From Azolla caroliniana (taxonomy: Eukaryota; Plantae; Polypodiophyta), in NCBI GenBank assembly GCA_043228905.1, contig JBHGNT010000017.1:6262001-6326000 (forward strand): DNA of 64,000 bases, written 5' to 3'. A model generated the notes under the pieces. That model was not told where the DNA came from, ran no database searches, and worked only from the letters and a program-made list of their open reading frames with translations. Every line of letters starts with the position of its first letter. The stretch's first letter is position 1. Shown piece after piece: positions 62,245 through 64,000 of the stretch. The position numbers were made by a program, and so were the translations under genes.

Positions 62245-64000
62245 AAGATGTCGAGATATTTCGCAAGTGCGTGGAGAAGGGCGGAACCACGGGGGTCTTG
62301 GACTAAGGAGAAGGGGAGAAGTAATAGGACTTCGGAATGGAGCTTAGCACAAGAAGAGAAAGAATGAACAAGAGGAAGATGGAGGCCAAATGCTTAACAA
62401 GATATATTAGAACCGAAAACCGATTACAAAAATGGCGGCCGCGAAGGCCGCACCAAACGACACAAGAAACCCTAACTAAGGAACCCTAAACGAAACCCTA
62501 ACCCTAAAACGAAATGGTATACCTCACTCACACTCAAAAATAAGGCAACCCCCACAATGGTGCTCTTCCTCTCCCTTTATAGCACAAGGAGGGAAGACCG
62601 TTACATAAAGGTGCTACAAAATATCCCCTTTCAATCAATGGGGATATTTCCCTTGATTTTAGGGGAGGTGGGAAGGATGGGTCTTAACTCCCACCTCTAC
62701 ACGAACTACTATGTACCTATCTCTCTCTCTCACGTGGATGTGCGCGCAAAAGCACATCACCTTTACACTTTACAAATCCTAAGGTGCATTTCTAGCACCA
62801 CACTTACCACTATCGACAAATAGAATTACAACATGTTGATGTGCAACGTTGCACATCGCGGGTTTGCTTGCTTCGCTCGGTTTTCCGCCTATGGACGAAA
62901 ATCTTCACGACAACGCTGCCTCGAAGAAGTCCACGCCGACTTCTTCGTCCTCCGAAACCATGTTGCCCTCGTCATCAAACCTCGCCCTCGAAAGCATGTC
63001 GGCCATGGCGTTGTCCTTTCCGGAAATGTGCCGTATTTCCGGGTCCAGGGACTTGATGTACGCTATCCACCTGAGCATCGCCAGGTCCGGTGTCGCGCAT
63101 CTGGAAACCATGCCGAGAATTGGTAGGCAATCCGTCTCGATAATCACTTCTGTCCCGATCAGGTAGTCTTTGTCGGCCTTTACTGCCGAAACGATACCCC
63201 AAAGTTCGCGTTTAACCTGGGCGTACCCTCGCTGTCGCTCGCTGAGGACCTTCGCGCCGAATCAGATCGGGAACCGATTGCCGTCCTCGTCTTCTTGGTT
63301 GACGACCCATCCGATCCCGGTCGGACTCGTATCCACCGTTATGTATACCGGGGTACCCTTCTCGTAGACAGCCTTCCGGAGCGCCGGTACTGCCGCAAGA
63401 GCTTCCTTCAGCTTCCGGACCGACTCCGTGTGCTCGTCTCGCCTCTTGAATTTTCGCCCTTTCTTCAGCAACCCATATAGCGGCTCCGCAACGTGGGCGT
63501 AATGCGGGATCCATATGTGGTAGAACGCGCATGCCCCCAGGAACCTCTGAACTTCTGTAACCGAGCTACAGTCGGTCTTCATCGCGGAGATGGCTTCTAC
63601 CTTTGCCGGAGACGGCTTCTGGCCATATGGTCCACATAGGTGTCCAACCACCAGGATTTCCGGTTGCCCGAAGGCCAATTTCTCCCCGGAGAAGGTGAGC
63701 CTCGCATCCTCTAGCCTTTGTAGCACCTTCTCGCAGTCGTCGATGTGTGTCGCCACGAATCGCTGGCATCCGTCCGGCCCGACTGTCTCGTCCTTCTCTT
63801 CCACCGGGCACCCCTTGATCAGGATGTCGTCTAGAAATGACATGGTGATGTCCGGGATGCAATTCCTCAGTACTTTGTTCATTGCATTCACCATGTGGGC
63901 CACCGAGTTGGTCCCTCCTTGTTGCAGGGTACACATTCGCACCAGGCCGAGGGGAGTTCGCATCGTCGTAATGTCTCTGCTCTCCACATCTAGCTGGAAC

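Larger units (their letters stand above)
57597..62912 (-). mobile_element. Young non-autonomous LTR element M (TR-GAG-like)
   Basis: 664-bp LTRs 57597-58260 and 62249-62912 with one difference seen; tRNA-Trp PBS; PPT shared with L; TSD ATGC/ACGC; single ORF, no pol. Confidence 0.96.
55502..64000 (-). mobile_element. Ty3/gypsy element L (tRNA-Trp lineage), 3' part; interrupted by element M; continues beyond the window
   Basis: 3' LTR 55502-56113; PPT-like GGTTAGGTGGAGGCAGA; integrase 56187-57596 with no chromodomain; RH/RT 62913-64000 (SFLDD, VDTS). Confidence 0.93.

Noticed and set aside
58181-62367. Many overlapping antisense and alternate-frame ORFs in element M
   Set aside because: Expected shadows of a GC-rich long ORF; no recognisable domains.

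Overview
Repeat-dense eukaryotic DNA, almost certainly from a seed-free land plant (fern-like; inferred from the retroelement families and a plant UGT remnant). No intact host gene is present. The window is a nested stack of at least 8 Ty1/copia elements or fragments, 7 insertions of one tRNA-Trp-primed non-chromovirus Ty3/gypsy lineage (3 solo LTRs, 2 partial autonomous-type elements, 1 young non-autonomous element, counted as 6 independent junction sites), a pol-less Athila/Tat-like LTR element, 4 LINE fragments, several DNA-transposon relics and a truncated UDP-glycosyltransferase pseudogene. Main observations: (1) the tRNA-Trp gypsy lineage makes 4-bp TSDs, and all six readable target sites are centred on CpG; (2) a very young non-autonomous member of this lineage (1 mismatch seen between 664-bp LTRs) carries one intact 1317-aa Gag plus acidic-repeat ORF and no pol, and sits inside the pol of a potential helper; (3) a pol-less LTR element has a tRNA-3'-end-like motif where the PPT should be, plus an internal copy of it; (4) a copia element is flanked by a 193-bp duplication; (5) a 37-bp-TIR, 4-bp-TSD DNA transposon has been inflated to 22 kb by nested insertions. 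Family assignments come from motif recognition by eye; no database search was run.
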